Positions 1 to 16,779 are shown, counted from the stretch's first letter. The stretch is DNA of 64,000 bases from Eledone cirrhosa (GCA_964016885.1 OZ024742.1:329840001-329904000); one strand, 5' to 3'. Program-made: numbers and translations. Notes: generated from the sequence alone by a model not told the origin.

Positions 1-744
1 TCACCAAAATTTGCTGGTTATTTTATGACCATTATGTAATATAACTTATCAATATTTGAGAAGAAAATAATGTATTTTTTCCATCTCGGAATGAATAGGT
101 GTGTGAATATATGAAATTCTGTATAACTATTTTCAGATGTGAGCATATTTTTACTTCTAGTTATTGATGTGTATTCTCTTTTGTACATATCCAGGAGTGT
201 GTCACTAACTATGTTTATGTTGAAAATATACATGTTGGTTTTGCAGTTAGACATCCGTTTATATGCACGAATATGCGTGTCTGTCTTCATGTACATGAAT
301 GTTTAAATACCCAAGGCACACACTATAGACTCTCCGTATCAGTTAATTAGATTTGTACATTTGAAGTTACAGTATAGTGTTTTAATAATATTCTTACTCC
401 AACCGATGCATTTCCTGGAGGCTTTCACAGAAACATGGTTATAACGTAATTTTAGACCTGAAGTATTATACTAACGTGATTCATTATTTTGCAAACAACC
501 CAATGTTTCTATGATATAGTGAGGCTGATATGATAATAGTAAATACATTTGAAGGAAGAACTCAGGAAAGAAATTGTTAATGACAGTGAAGTTACTAGAA
601 TCTCCTGAGATCATTGTTATAATAATCCTTTCATTTATTCGCCACAAAGGCCGACATTTAGGGGACACTACAAAGACTGGGACAGTGGTATTTCACAATC
701 AAATTCAGTAAAATTAAACAATATCATTTAACAATCATTGATAT

Positions 745-933
745 AATAATGGTTTCTTGTATAGACACAAGGCCAGCAATTTTGGAGGAGAGGAAAGTCG
801 ATTAGATCGACACCAGTACATTACTGGTACTTTATTTCATCGATGAGATTTGAACTCAGATCATAAAGGGGCGTAACTCCTATTCTGCAAAGCATGGTAG
901 CTGACGCTCTAGCGATACTGCCAGACCACCACC
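745..933 (-). mobile_element. tRNA-derived SINE family 1, diverged copy
   Basis: Reverse-complement similarity to 3337-3523 (B-box GAGTTCAAATC, ataaagtaccagt core). Confidence 0.75.
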
Positions 934-970
934 CTTATACCATTGCTATAATAATGCTTTCTTTATTGAT

Positions 971-1163
971 ATAATAATTGTTTCTACTTTTTGGCACAAG
1001 GCCAGCAATTACCCAGTGCATTACTGGTACTTTATTTTATCGACCCCGTAAGGATGAAAGGCAAAGTCAACCTCAGCGGGATTTGAACTCAGATCGTTAA
1101 GGGACGTAACTATGCTGGAAAGCATGGCATCCGACCCTATACCGATACTGCCAATCCACCGCC
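971..1163 (-). mobile_element. tRNA-derived SINE family 1
   Basis: Near-identical reverse complement of 3337-3523; A-box TGGCAGTATCGG, B-box GAGTTCAAATCC. Confidence 0.85.
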
Positions 1164-3336
1164 TATATATTATTGATATAACAATATAAAGTATTAATAC
1201 TACAATATAATAATATGAAAAATATAATGCAAGCAAAATACCACATATATTCAAAAGGATAGGCAGGTCATGAACATTGTATCCGTCATTTAACTGGCGC
1301 CTTACATTATCGAAACCATAGTAACATTAATTTGGTTTTGATTCGAATTTAAAAGTAAAGTGCCCGAGCATTCACAAAAAGCGTTTAATTACATTTCGAT
1401 TACATCAATTAATTTACGAATTACGTACACACACACAGACAAATGCATGTGCCATATTTGTTTCTAAGAAAATAACCAACTTCCTGTCTACATAGAATGT
1501 TTACTCGAGTTTCACACTTATTATATATAGTGATCAGTTATCTGAAATTCTCCGAATGAAAGTATTTTTCAAATATTACAATTTTAACACAGATGTTCAA
1601 CAGGTACCCTTATTCACGAAATGTTGTGGTGAATATCATATGCTGGCTAATCCACTTCTATATGAAGGTGCTTGGAGACAAAGTTTGATCGAGTATGTTA
1701 CAATCTATTCGTAACCAATAATTAAAACAACTATAAATAATATACCACAATCCATATTACTTACGGGTTGCTGACGAATCCCACACAGAAATACTTGTAC
1801 AGCAAAACAAAAACAGTAAATGTGGATACGGTGGTTGCATATATTCTTATAGCAGGAATATGTCTCCTATATGGTATCAATGTCTAGATGAATAATTATT
1901 CCAAATGAAATAGACTATTTCAATATTATCTGACTCATCTTCAAATCCGTCATATCATCTCTGACTCAGACTAAAATCACACAGAGAAATATATTAGCAG
2001 CATTAACGATGTTATTAAGGCCGCAACCTACGCAGGTTATGCAGTTGGTAAGTTTTGAGGACGTTTAAATTGGTCGCTTATATTCCTGAATTAACACGTA
2101 TAACAGTGGACATAATTATATATGTTGAGACGACTACGTTGCACTACATGATATCAATAGTTTAACAGGACAGGCATTATAGTCTGCAAATGCATAGGAA
2201 TTTTTCATGTCCAAAAGTATGCATCAGTATCTAGCACTTGCTTGTTCTAATAACTATATATTTGTCGCACATTTGGTGAATGTATGCCGCAAAAACAAAC
2301 AAGACGCTGTCGAGGAATTGTTTTCCCTCAGGGATGAAATCTATCTGAATTTACTGCTTATTGACATCGGTGTATGTCGTCACCTTTTACGCCATTTTAA
2401 AACTATTACGACTTAACCACATTCATTACAAAATTGAATGTTTCATAATCGTGAACTCTCATCATCAATTAGTTTCACGACACGTTTTTCTGGCCGACCT
2501 TGTAAATTCCTATCTCATTTTGTCACTTGTACATCCCCAGTCTTAAACTGTATAAAGCCCTTACCATCTCCGATTAGAAAGGGTGTGTGTTGATAAATAC
2601 CCACATTTCTTATAGCTATAGTGTATGAAATGTTTGGCAAAGCATTGACGTCATTAGGCAGCTTTTATCAAACATAAACATTCTGGTATGACAAACAATT
2701 GGATAGAAATTTATACCGTTTTTATGATGCATCCCAGCAGTGCACGTGTCCTACGAATTAGAGCTGATTGCTTGCACCTTTAACAAGAATGATTTAACTA
2801 TTTCTTTTAATGAAATTATTTCTTTTCGTGTTTTGTGCTACGAGTTCCCAGAGAGAAAGCCATTTTTTTCATTTCCACTGTACAAAGGTGGTACATCTCT
2901 TCAAAATCTGTCCCGTTACATGTCACCATTTTCACCAAGACAATTATATTTACATTAGTCTAAAAGCACCTGCTATCATTGCAAACAGACGTAGCTGTTA
3001 TATTTCATTGCATGCTTTATCGGCCATTCAAGCATCTACATCTAAAGCATATTTTACCCAGAACCAGACATCCATCTTGGACCCTTTATGCCTGTCTTCC
3101 TACCCTCAAACTCTCTCTTTATCTCTCTCTCTCTCTTTGTCTCTGTATATATTGCCATCACGAGCATGTCTAATTTCAAACTAGAGCTTCCCTGTCAGCT
3201 ATCTGCCTATGAAATTATTTCCAATATTCAAACATGTTATGTTTAGGTTTTAACAACTAAATCTATTAGAGAAGTGTAATTTGCATATATATCTTTCGCC
3301 CTTTCTTACCAACATTACATCTATCAGTAAACATGT

Positions 3337-3523
3337 GGCGGTGGATTGGCAGTATCGGTAGAGGGTCGGACGCCATGCTTTCCAGCATAGTTACGTCCCT
3401 TTACGATCTGAGTTCAAATCCCGCCGAGGTTGACTTTGCCTTTCATCCTTACGGGGTCGATAAAATAAAGTACCAGTAATGCACTGGGTAATTGCTGGCC
3501 TTGTGCCTAAAGTAGAAACAATT
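3337..3523 (+). mobile_element. tRNA-derived SINE family 1
   Basis: ggcggtggattggcagtatcgg (A box) ... gagttcaaatccc (B box) ... gcctttcatccttacggggtcgataaaataaagtaccagt core; five copies in the window. Confidence 0.85.
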
Positions 3524-3909
3524 ACATCTATCAGTAAACCAAATTTACTGGATACATACTATAATATGTCACTCAACACAGGATCATAGTTATTACATAA
3601 TATAGTGAAAAATGGTCATTCACTTGGTATAAGCACTTGGTAATGTGCATATATGTGTGTGTATGTGTGTCTCTGTGTGTGTGCGTGTAGAAAACGGAAT
3701 TGCATATACCGAATGCCAACTTTTACACAATTCACCTTATTCTCAAATATATACATACATTTTTCATTAATAATGGGAACATCTATATATTCTCGCAATT
3801 TCCTTTTATTCATTGAGCATTACAAATATATATTGGACACAGCACACGTCGAACAAAAACGTCAATTGCGTACGTTTCAGCCTATACTACAAAAATAAAT
3901 ATATATAGG

Positions 3910-4102
3910 TAATAATTGTTTCTATTTTGGGCACGAGGTCAGTAATTACACAGTGCATTACTGGTAGTTAATTTTATCGACCCCGTAAGGATGAAAGGCA
4001 AAGTTAACCTTGGCGGGATTTGAACTCTGAATGGAAAGGGTCATAACGTTATGCGTCAAATCATGGCGTTCGACTCGCTACCGATACTACCAATCCACCG
4101 CC
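3910..4102 (-). mobile_element. tRNA-derived SINE family 1
   Basis: Reverse-complement copy of 3337-3523. Confidence 0.8.
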
Positions 4103-4830
4103 CTATATAGGCAATAATAGCACCGACGAAGAAACATTCATTTACTGACAGACACGCACACGCACGTGATTATACACACGATAAAATCACCCCAAGTCCG
4201 CAGAATATAATCGAACACGCACTTATATAAGCATATATTGCTTTAAGTGTATTTGCCATATAATATACATGAACGTTCATCAATTTTTCTCCTTATTGTC
4301 TCTAAAATTAGTATAGCTTCCGGCTTAGGATGTTGCAATATTGAAATATATTCAGAACATATTCAGGTACATTTATTTCATTCTGCAAAGTTTTGAGTAG
4401 AACCGAAGTGTCTCATGCTATAAGTTTCACGTTAAAACACAGTATTCGAGTGAAGATGAGTTCTCCAAGCTAAATTCACGAAGTCGTCTTACTAGAATGC
4501 TAAATATGTAGGCGATAATATTTATTGCTAATGTTTCTTATATATATGTCGTTTGAAGGTATATTTTTCAACAATACATAATACAACCGTGTTAATACAA
4601 CGTATACGTAGAAGCAGATAATGAAAGTATAATAAGTTCTATTGAAGTTAGGGAGCGTAATAGTTTGAGATTTATGTGCATATTCTCTGTTTGCATTTAT
4701 TTCATTTTACCATATAAATTGAATATATATTGAATGGTGAGCAGATATTCTTATGTTACATAGATTTTCTGATTCAATTTAACCTTTTCAATAAGAATGT
4801 ATAATAATGATCTATGTATATCCCAAAGCC

Positions 4831-4916
4831 ATATATATATATATATATATGTGACTATGAACACGTACTAAAATTCTAGTTTTATTTATATATAGATACA
4901 TGTATATATATATATT

Positions 4917-4948
<32 letters not shown>

Positions 4949-5010
4949 CGTGTGAATGTATGTGTAAATGTGTGTGTGGGTGTGTGTATGCATAAATACA
5001 CACACACATT

Positions 5011-5087
<77 letters not shown>

Positions 5088-5345
5088 TATACATATGTAT
5101 ATATACATATATATATATACATACATATGTATATATATATATATACATATATATATACATACATATATACATGCAAATACATCTATATGTATATACATAT
5201 ATATATACATATATATACATACATATACATTTATATGTATATACATACATATGTATATACATATATGTATATACATATATTAATATATATACATATGTAT
5301 GTATATATATACATATATATGTATATATATATATATATATATACA
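4831..5345. repeat. (TA)n/(TG)n/(TATACA)n microsatellite
   Basis: Direct inspection. Confidence 0.95.
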
Positions 5346-5915
5346 TTTCGTTTCTGAATTTGTTTAGCAAGATTCTTTATCTGAAATCGTGTGTTGAAAG
5401 CGATATTGTTATACTTTGGGAGGGTCAAGTTGCCAATAAGAAACACACGCACCAGTTGTTTCACTTCAATTTATTATATATTTATAAATTTATAAATTTA
5501 CAAATCTACAAATTTATAAATTTCTGGTTGGTTGGTTGGTTCCACAACCAGATAGTTGTTTATATATAGTCATAGTCCTTTCATCACACACTCTGTGACC
5601 TCTTCGGTGACTGGGGATTCCTTTCTTTGTTTCTGTGCCTTTCCTTTCTTCTGTCCTACGCCATTTTGTTTCTGTGTGTGTGTTGTGTGCTCAGTTTGCG
5701 CATGCGCCAGATCCGGGTGTCTGTGTGTGTTTGTGTTCATTTATCTATTTGTTTATTTATTTACATGTTATTGGTTGGTTGTTTGTTCTATGTGTGTGTG
5801 TGTTTTCATTTTGTCCTTAATTTTAAGTTGTGATGTTGCTGTTCCACTCATATTTTCTATTTAATTTTGGTTGTAATTCTTTTATGTTTATTGCCTCTGT
5901 AATTTGTCTAAAATT
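5345..5915 (-). mobile_element. PLE family B 3' end/pLTR, inverted copy, with HHR-like motif (5568-5612; core ccgaaga mutated)
   Basis: Reverse complement of about 11315-11863. Confidence 0.75.
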
Positions 5916-5940
5916 TGTCTAATTACAGAGGCAATAAACA

Positions 5941-8900
5941 TAAAAAAATAATGAATAAAACAATGAAGCAGTTCCTTATATTAAACAAAAAAAGTTCATT
6001 ATTTAACGATCGTTTCTAGGATATATATGTGTTAGAATTGGCATGCATATAATTAGCAAAAAAATGTTGGATAGAGTCATCCCACAAATAAGAAAACACG
6101 TTATTTTACCACTCTGGGAAAACACTTCCCAGGTAATTAACTGGTTTAAAAATATTAGATGTAAATCTTCTGCTTCATTTCTACAATTTGATATAGATAA
6201 TTACTATTCTTCTATATCACCTATACTCCTGAACAAAGCATTGATATTTGCTAAAAATAGATCTAACTTAACTTTGGATGACATTAATATTATTACACAT
6301 GCTAGACTAACACTTATTGAATTTCAGAATGAATACTGGACCAGAAACACATATAGTAATCTATTTGATATTACTATGGGTTCAAGCGATTCCGCCCAAA
6401 TTACTGATCTTGTGGGCCTCTTTCTCCTTTTCAACATAAATGCCTCCTTTCCCCACCTTAAAGGTGGTTTATATCGTGATGACTGTCTTCTTCTTTCCAA
6501 CAACCTTAGCCTTTCAGAAATAGAAAAAAACAAAAAGCATATTAGAACTTTCCTTAAAGACTATTATAGTCTTCATATTACTTTTGAAAAAACAAGTAAA
6601 GTAGTAAATTTCCTAGATATAACTTTAGACTTAGCTACGGGTATCTACCAACCTTACCATAAACCCAACCAAAACTTACACTACATACACTCACAATCTA
6701 ATCACCCTAAATCTATCCTTAAAAACCTTGCATATAATATATCACTTAGAATTTCTAACCTTTCTTCTAACCAAGATGTATTTGATAAAAATGCGACCTT
6801 CTATAACGAAGCTCTAGATAGAAGTGGCCACAAAAATAGATTAGAATATATACCTTCTACTAAAAATACTATAAACATACAACCTAATATTACCAACAAA
6901 CACCAAATGAAAAGTACACACCTAAATGCCACCCACACTATACTCCAAAATACCAACTCTTCTAATATAAAGTATAGTAACTCTCAAAAAACTACTCATC
7001 ATACAACTCTAATAAATGTTAATAATAAAACTCCTAATAAACAAGATAAAACACCTAAATCTACAAATCTAACTAAAAATGTGTGTGGTGAGATCATTAA
7101 CATTAATCCTCCTAGTAAACATCACGATACAACCTATAAAAATAATAAACAACATAGAAACCGTAATAGACGGGTTACTTGGTATAATGCTCCATTTAAT
7201 TTACAAATTAAGGATAATATTGCTAAAAAAATTTTTTATATCCTAGAGAAAAACTTCCCGCCAAACCACAAATACCATCAAATCTTAAATAGGTCTACAG
7301 TTAAATTCTCATACTCAACAACAAATAACATAAAACAAAATATAAGTGCCTATAATGCATATAAATGTAAGAATACCATAAGTATACCACCAATACATCA
7401 AACTAACCATAATATCTCTTCAAATACAGAATTAACGAAAGGTTGTAACTGTAGAAACAAGGCAAACTGCCCATTAAAAGGAAATTGTCTTGTTAACAAC
7501 ATAGTTTATAAATGTAATGTTAAAACTAAAGATTCTATTTGCTCATATATAGGAGCTACTTCTAACAATTTTAAGGCAAGGTTTAATACCCACAAACATA
7601 GTTTTAAAAATGCCGCACTGGCTAATACAACATCTCTAGCAGAAAAAATCAATAGTTATAAAAATAAGAATATAGAATATGATTTGACCTGGAGTGTGCT
7701 CAAAAGAGCCACCCCTTATCAAAATAATAGAAATGAATGTAGATTATGTTCCCAAGAACTATTTGAAATAATGAAATCTAAGGATATCCTATTAAATAAA
7801 CGACAGGAATTAATTATATCGTGTAATCATAAACTAAGAAAAACATTTAAATATTATAAACCTAATTAATAACATTATTTTAGAATTTAATATATAATTT
7901 AATTTAAATGTTAGTTAACCTATGAATTTAATTTAATTAAAATTTTACTACAGATGAGATTATAAAATATTGTGTAATCATAAATTGTGAAAAACTTTTA
8001 AATATCACTAATATATACTTCGTAAATTAATTTATAGATTAATTTTAATTTATTTAACTTTTTATTAAAATTCCTTTACAGATAAAATATAACAATATAT
8101 CGTGTATTCAATGACAGAGAAATAATTTTTAGTATTATAGACCTAATTAATGTACATTTTAGAAATATATTTATAATTTGATTTTAAATTTGGTCAACCT
8201 AAAAATTTAATTTAATTGGCTTAAAATTAATATCCTAATACAGATGGATTGCAGAGTGTCATCTAATCATAGACTGAGATAGGTTTTGGATCTATACCAA
8301 GTTAATATATTCTTGGCAATTTTTGAAAAAATATGTATATGTATGTATATATATGTATATGTATATATATATATGTGTATATATATATATGTATATGTAT
8401 ATGTGTATGTATTAATTTTAATTTTCTGTTTACCTATAATTATATTCTACTATAGATAAAATACAATATCTGTTTTAATTATTATAAACCTAATTAACAT
8501 ATACTATAGAAATTAATATATAATTTTTAATTTAGTTAACCTATAATTTATATTCTACTACCGATGTAATACTTTATTTGTTTTTTCCCTATTACTAAAT
8601 TCATTTCCTAATATTGATACCATAACGTTAATAATTTTAATTTAGTTATACTATTATTAATACTCTACTACTATTTAACTTCAAAATTCCGCTTCAAATA
8701 TTATAAACCTAAGTAGTATACACCTTAGAAATCAATATATTAACTATCCTTAATTTAGTTAACCTATGGTTAATGGTATAATTATATTGAAATGCATAAT
8801 TTTGCCTTCTTTCTTACATTTCCTAATACTGAAACTATGTAAACACATATTATGATCTAAATGCAGATTAATATTCTATGTTTCTTGAAACCTATATTTA

Positions 8901-9052
8901 CTATAATCCCCCCCCCCCTTCCCCCCCTACTATTATTATTTGTATTTGTTAGCGTTGATGTATGTATGTATATGTAGGTAGGTATGTCTGTTTGGGTGTT
9001 TGTATGTGAGTATAAAAATACATATGTGCGCATGTAAATAAGAGTGTATGAT

Positions 9053-9099
<47 letters not shown>

Positions 9100-9277
9100 A
9101 TGTATATATGTGTGTATATATATATATATATGTATATGTGTGCGTATATATATGTATATATGTATCTATGTATTTATGTGGGTATATATGTGTGTATGTA
9201 TATGTATGCACATGTATATGTCTAGGTGTATATGTGTGTATGTGTATATGTGTACGTATGTGCGCATGTATATGTGA

Positions 9278-9323
<46 letters not shown>

Positions 9324-9566
9324 AGTTGATGTGTGTATGTGTGTGTATGTATATATATATGTGTATGTATGTGTATATATATGTACATATATATGTATAT
9401 GTATGTGTGTATGTATATATATATATATATGTATATGTATGTGTGTGCATATTTGTCTGACTGTGTGTATTAATTTATTTATTTATTTATTTATCTTATT
9501 TCTTTATTTTTTTATATATATATATATATATATGTGTATGTATGTGTGTGTGTATATATATATATA

Positions 9567-9617
<51 letters not shown>

Positions 9618-9957
9618 GTATGTGTGTGTATGTGTGTATATATATATGTATGTGTGTATGTATGTGTATGTATGTGTGTTTTTGTGTGTGTACGTGTGTA
9701 TATATTTTTATATATATATATATGTATCTCTATTTATATATGTATATATGTTTATGTATATCCCTTTATTTATGTATGACTGAGTTGTGTGAGCGTGTGG
9801 TGGTGTTTGTATGTATATACGCTTACATGGATGTGTATGTATGTGTATATATGCGTATATGTATGTGTGTATGTGTGTGTGAGTATATATGTATGTCTAT
9901 GTATGAGTATGTATGTGTGTGTATGTATGTGTGTATATATATGTGTGTGTGTATATG

Positions 9958-10012
<55 letters not shown>

Positions 10013-10098
10013 TTATTATGTGTGTGTGTGTATATATATCTTTATATATATATATGTATGCGTATGTGTGTGTATGTATGTGTCTATATATATATATA

Positions 10099-10140
<42 letters not shown>

Positions 10141-10172
10141 AATATGTGTATATATATGTGTATATATGTGTG

Positions 10173-10227
<55 letters not shown>

Positions 10228-10283
10228 GTGGGTATGTATGTGTATGTGTGTATATACATGAGTGTGTTTATATATGTGTGTAG

Positions 10284-10323
<40 letters not shown>

Positions 10324-10546
10324 GTGTGTTGTGAATGTACGTGTATATATATGTATGCGTATGTGTGTATATATATATATATGTGTGTATATGTGTATAT
10401 GTCTATGTATGTATATGTGTATATGTATGTGTCTCTATATGTATGCGGGTGTGTGTGTATATGTGTATTTATATGGTGTGTGTATGTATATGTATGTGTA
10501 TGTATGTGTTTGTGTATATGTGTATATATATGTATGTATGTGTATG

Positions 10547-10595
<49 letters not shown>

Positions 10596-10657
10596 ATATG
10601 TATGTATATCGATGTATATTTTATATTTACTTGTTTATATATGTGTGTATGTATATA

Positions 10658-10718
<61 letters not shown>

Positions 10719-11122
10719 ATGTATATATTATATATATATATATTTTCTTGATATATTTCTTTTTTCTTTTTCTTTTCTTTTTATTTCTAAGTTTATAGAT
10801 ACATTTATAAATAGGCAGTCTGCTGACACCGGTGAATACTGACCTCTCCGCCCCCCCACCTACTTTCTGTATCTGGATCTAAATGTGTGTGGCAGTGTTT
10901 ATGTGCGCGTATTAATATCCATATGCTTATGATAATAGTATATACACACATATATATGTGTGTGGGGGTGTATGTGTGTATGTATGTTCGTGGTTGTGTG
11001 TATGTGTTTGCGTATACGTGCGTCTGTGTGTGAATGTACGTATATGTGTGAGTATATGAATGTGTGTATATATATATTTATTTTATATTTATATATGTGG
11101 GTACGTATTTTATCTGTAGATT
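5941..11122 (+). mobile_element. PLE family A copy 1, 5'-truncated, preceded by a short inverted pLTR piece (5941-6050) and followed by a long microsatellite-rich 3' UTR
   Basis: Colinear with 41948-46030; 5941-6050 is the reverse complement of the family A 3' end. Confidence 0.85.
6051..7869 (+). pseudogene. PLE family A RT + GIY-YIG ORF, 5'-truncated but otherwise open
   Basis: QFDI..YYSSI, ITMGSSDSAQITDLVG, YRDD, VNFLDITLDL, CNCRNKANCPLKGNC, NIVY...YIG motifs; the ATG at 6043 comes from the inverted pLTR junction. Confidence 0.85.
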
Positions 11123-11961
<839 letters not shown>

Positions 11962-12057
11962 TATGTATATAAATATATGTATATAAATATATGTATATAA
12001 ATATGTATATAAATATATGTAAAAATATATGTATATAAATATGTATATAAATATATG

Positions 12058-12181
<124 letters not shown>

Positions 12182-12192
12182 TAGTCATATAT

Positions 12193-12763
<571 letters not shown>

Positions 12764-13319
12764 GTATATATATATGTGTGTATGTATATATATGTATATA
12801 TATGTATATATAAACATATATATATATATATATGAAAACAGGGAGAAAAAGAGATTATTAGGAAGAAGAATATATCTGTTCCCTTTTTTCTGGGTTAGAA
12901 AATGATTAAAACGAAATATTTTACTCTGTGTGAAATGTTAAGGTATTAGTTTATTTATTTATTAATTACCAATGGCATTTATTTATTAATTTATTTATAT
13001 ATTTAATAATTGTCTATTACCGGTTTCAGCATGTTTATGCATTATCAAATGATAATAATATGTATTGGTGTAGAATGGTGGTGTTGGACATGTTAAAGAA
13101 ATGATGCTGAAAGAATAATGTTATTTACAAACAAGGTTTATGAAGTGAAAAGAAAAAATAAAAATAAATAAAGGGAGTAATGTGGAGCATAAGTCAATGT
13201 GAAAGAAAAAATAATGTTATTTACAGGCATAGTTCTTGAAGATAAGCAGATCAAAATGTGTTAATATAGCAAATGTGCTTAGTTGATCCATGATGGAGGC
13301 AAATGGTGCTCTTGAAATA

Positions 13320-15260
13320 ATGAGAAACCTAAAATCCCTAACAACCCTTTACAAAGCAGGCCTTACAGACAAGGAATACAACTAAATGACCAATTTCAAA
13401 AGCAGAACCGGTCTGTTCTCCGGTATCCCAAAGACACACGAAAGCGGAGTCACAGATAGGTTCTGCAAGCAAGCTACAGACATTTACATCAATATAGCCC
13501 TTCCTGATGACCTTAAATTAAGACCCATAATAACAGGTACCACATGTGAAACCCACCGCCTAAGCAACTTCCTAGATATTCTGCTTAAACCTTTCCTAAA
13601 ACACATAAAAAGCTTCATAAGGGACGACCTCGACATGCTCAACCACCGCCCCACAACACTCAATAATAAACATAACCTACTAGTAACCTTTGATGTAATC
13701 AATTTATATTCCAATATCCCACACAACCTAGGTATAGAGGCAATACAATTCTGGCTTGAACATTTCCCTAGTGAACTCCCACAGCGCATCCCTAAAGAAT
13801 TTGTGTTGGTGAGACTCAAATTCATCTTGGAAAACAATTTCTTCGAATTCAATGCCAAATACTACAGACAGAAATCTGGTACTGCCATGGGCACGAAAGT
13901 AGCCCCCTCGTACGCCAAACTTATCATGTGATAATTTGAAACCACTCTCTACATCAAAGTTCTAGACAAATACGGCAGCCACTTCTACCAACACATAGAA
14001 AATAACTGGAAGAGATATCTGGACGACTGCTTCATCCTCTGGCATGAAAGTATAGATAGACTGATTGAGTTTAAAATCCTTCTAAATGTACTCAACACAA
14101 ACTTACAATTCACAATGGATTATAGCCATGACAACTCCCTTTCCTTGACATCCTCATCAAGAAAACAAACAACAGAATAGAAACAGACATATACTACCAA
14201 CCCACACACTCCAAAAAATACCTTCGATTCAACCGGTGCCACCCTAGACGCACCAAAATGGCAATTCCATATAACCTAGCCAGAAGGATCTGCACAATAG
14301 TTTCAGATAAATAAACATGCTACACATGACTAGAAGAATTAAAAAAACACACTTATCAGCAGAAACTACCCACCATCCCTAATCAATAATGGATTCCAAC
14401 GTGCACAAAACCTCGACATCCAGGAACTCAGACACCCCAAACCTAGGAAAGAACCGCAACAGAAAAGTCTACCTTACATCTCCACCACCACCACCACCAC
14501 TCGTCAACTACTGTCGAGATGATGGATCTCACTCTCATGCCCCAGAATCCCCTGTCCCCCATCGCTTCCCCCAGGTCCTGTCTGCTGATTTCCGTATCCC
14601 TAGAGATAACGTCGGGGAATGACAGCTTCCTACTCCTAGTCAGGCTGGAGTCAGGGTTCCATACACAACCCCCTCAACAATGAGGCATTCGACCCCATCC
14701 TCCAAAACATTCCTTTACTAAAAAGTGACCGAAGAATGAACAACATTCTCCAAATACACAACATCATAAAGAGGAAAAGACAACCTAAATCCATTAAAAA
14801 AATCATCCTCACACAAGCCAAAATCCAACAAACCATCACAATGAACCCTACAGTAACAAAATGCGGAAGGTCCAACTGTGGCCTATGCATACATCTAACA
14901 GGAGGTTCAACATTCCATTTATAACAAGGACAATATTTCACCGATATACACAACATTACATGTGCATCTGAAAACCTAATCTATATTTTGACCTGCTCAG
15001 GTTGTCAAGAGCACTACATAGGACAGACAAAACACAGCCTCCCACAATGTATAACCGTCCATAAATCACAAATCAAAATACAGGAATACAGAAAGATTGC
15101 ATTTATTGAACATATCGCCAATTGTGCACCCAACCAACATCCAAACTTTAACATTTTTCCCCATTTACAAATTCATAGACAACGTTAATTGCATCCACCT
15201 TACCAATAAGGAAACGTATTTCATTAAGAAATGCCAACCTCTAAATAATGCACTAAACTT
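13320..15260 (+). pseudogene. PLE RT-GIY-YIG pseudogene (stops, frameshifts, one insertion)
   Basis: LRPII, FDVINLYSNIPH, QKSGTAMGTKVAPSYA, WKRYLDDCF, KCGRSNCGLC, NLIYILTCSGCQEHYIGQT. Confidence 0.85.
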
Positions 15261-15703
15261 CGGACTAAACTAAAACTGGAACGAACAATCAAACATTTAC
15301 AAATACCTATGTCTCTCTAATGAGTTACCTCCCTAAAACCCTACCTAATCATTTTTCTTAAATAAATTAAATATCATCCAGCATGAATTACCTCCCCCTG
15401 CATATTAACTCTCTAAAAATGGAATTCATATCAAACCCCAGACCACCATTTGCCTCCATCATCGATCAATTAAGCATTATTGCTATAATAACACATTTTG
15501 ATCTGCTTATCTTCAAGAACTCTGCCTGTAAATAACATTATTTTTTCTTTCACGTTGACTTAATATGCTCCACATTACTCCCATTTTTATTTATTATTTT
15601 TTATTTTCACTACATAAACCTTGTTTGTAAATAACATTATTCTTTCTGCACCATTTCTTTAAAATGTCCAACACCACCATTCTACACCAATACATATTAT
15701 TAT

Positions 15704-15740
15704 CATTTGATAATGCATAAACATGCTGAAACCGGTAATG
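15704..15740 (+). ncRNA. Minimal type I HHR with U3-A8 core variant (inverted copy 13011-13055)
   Basis: cat TTGATAA t-gcat-aaac-atgc-t GAAA ccgg TA atg. Confidence 0.6.
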
Positions 15741-16189
15741 TGAAGCAATTACCAACAAAAGCAAAGTTTGACCTTAACAACAAAGACCAATCATTCACTG
15801 TATCTAAATGCAATGACAGTCGATGTGGCACATGTCAATCCATACACGCCGGTCGATATATAAAAACAAAAACTAGAAAAATATTCTCAAATGCAAATAT
15901 GAAATGCAAAAGCAGAAATCTAATTTACTGCATTAAATGCTCGAATTGTGAAGAACTATATGTCGGACAAACTGGAAATGCACTATCGGAACGTGCACGG
16001 GTACACCGACAGCAAATCAGAGACCCAAATGTCCGTCAGATCAAAATGTGTAACCATCTAACAACATGTGGTCAGAGAATATTTATAATATTTCCATTCT
16101 ACAAATTACACAGCCCAAGTGAAATCAAGAGAAAAATCAAAGAAAAGAATGTTATTGATAAATTCAAACCCAAGCTAAATGAACAATAA
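15741..16189 (+). pseudogene. 5'-truncated PLE GIY-YIG endonuclease fragment (Neptune-like)
   Basis: KCNDSRCGTC, CKSRNLIYCIKCSNCEELYVGQT, RARVHRQQI, FKPKLN. Confidence 0.85.
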
Positions 16190-16779
16190 TAATGGGGTAT
16201 TACTTCTACTATGACTATGACTACGACCACTAACATCAACAAAAACAATAACAATTATAATAAAAGTTATGTTGATGGTGATGATTACTAGAAAATTCTA
16301 TTTTCATCATTTCTAAAAATAGCAAAACAATTGATGCTTTGGATAGGGTCAATTAGTAGTCGTTAGATATGCTCAACCAACCGTGACGCCTGAACCAATC
16401 AGATTTAGTAATAAGTGAAACTACACACCGATTGGTCAAAATACAGTTTGCAAGATTTAGCATGCTAGAGCCACTTTTCACTGTATGTAAGGCACACAAT
16501 TTACCCATCTCATACAGTTGAAAATTGCAAACTTGACTGTCACCACAGAATTGAAACCTGAAGATTGCGAAAGCATTAAAGTTCAATTAACACTTAACAT
16601 TTAATATTCTACAATACTATTTCATTCTAATACCATTATAAAGTTTAAAGGATTGTAAATAAAACTAGTAAATCAGACAAAGTTGGAATTCCTTTTATTA
16701 ATACAATCTTCTATACACAATCATAAACACCCGTATATATTTATATATCTATATCTATATATATATATATTATATATAA

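Larger units (their letters stand above)
13010..15740 (+). mobile_element. Neptune-like PLE (family C), degenerate, with inverted pLTR (13010-13312 vs 15441-15740)
   Basis: About 300-bp inverted terminal match; RT and EN remnants between. Confidence 0.8.

Noticed and set aside
1765-1805. ctgacga...gaaa as HHR
   Set aside because: No convincing stems I, II or III
18-3898. Short ORFs as host exons
   Set aside because: No recognisable domains or splice context; small exons cannot be excluded without transcript data
745-4102. tRNA genes
   Set aside because: A/B boxes belong to multi-copy SINE heads with non-tRNA bodies; no cloverleaf evident
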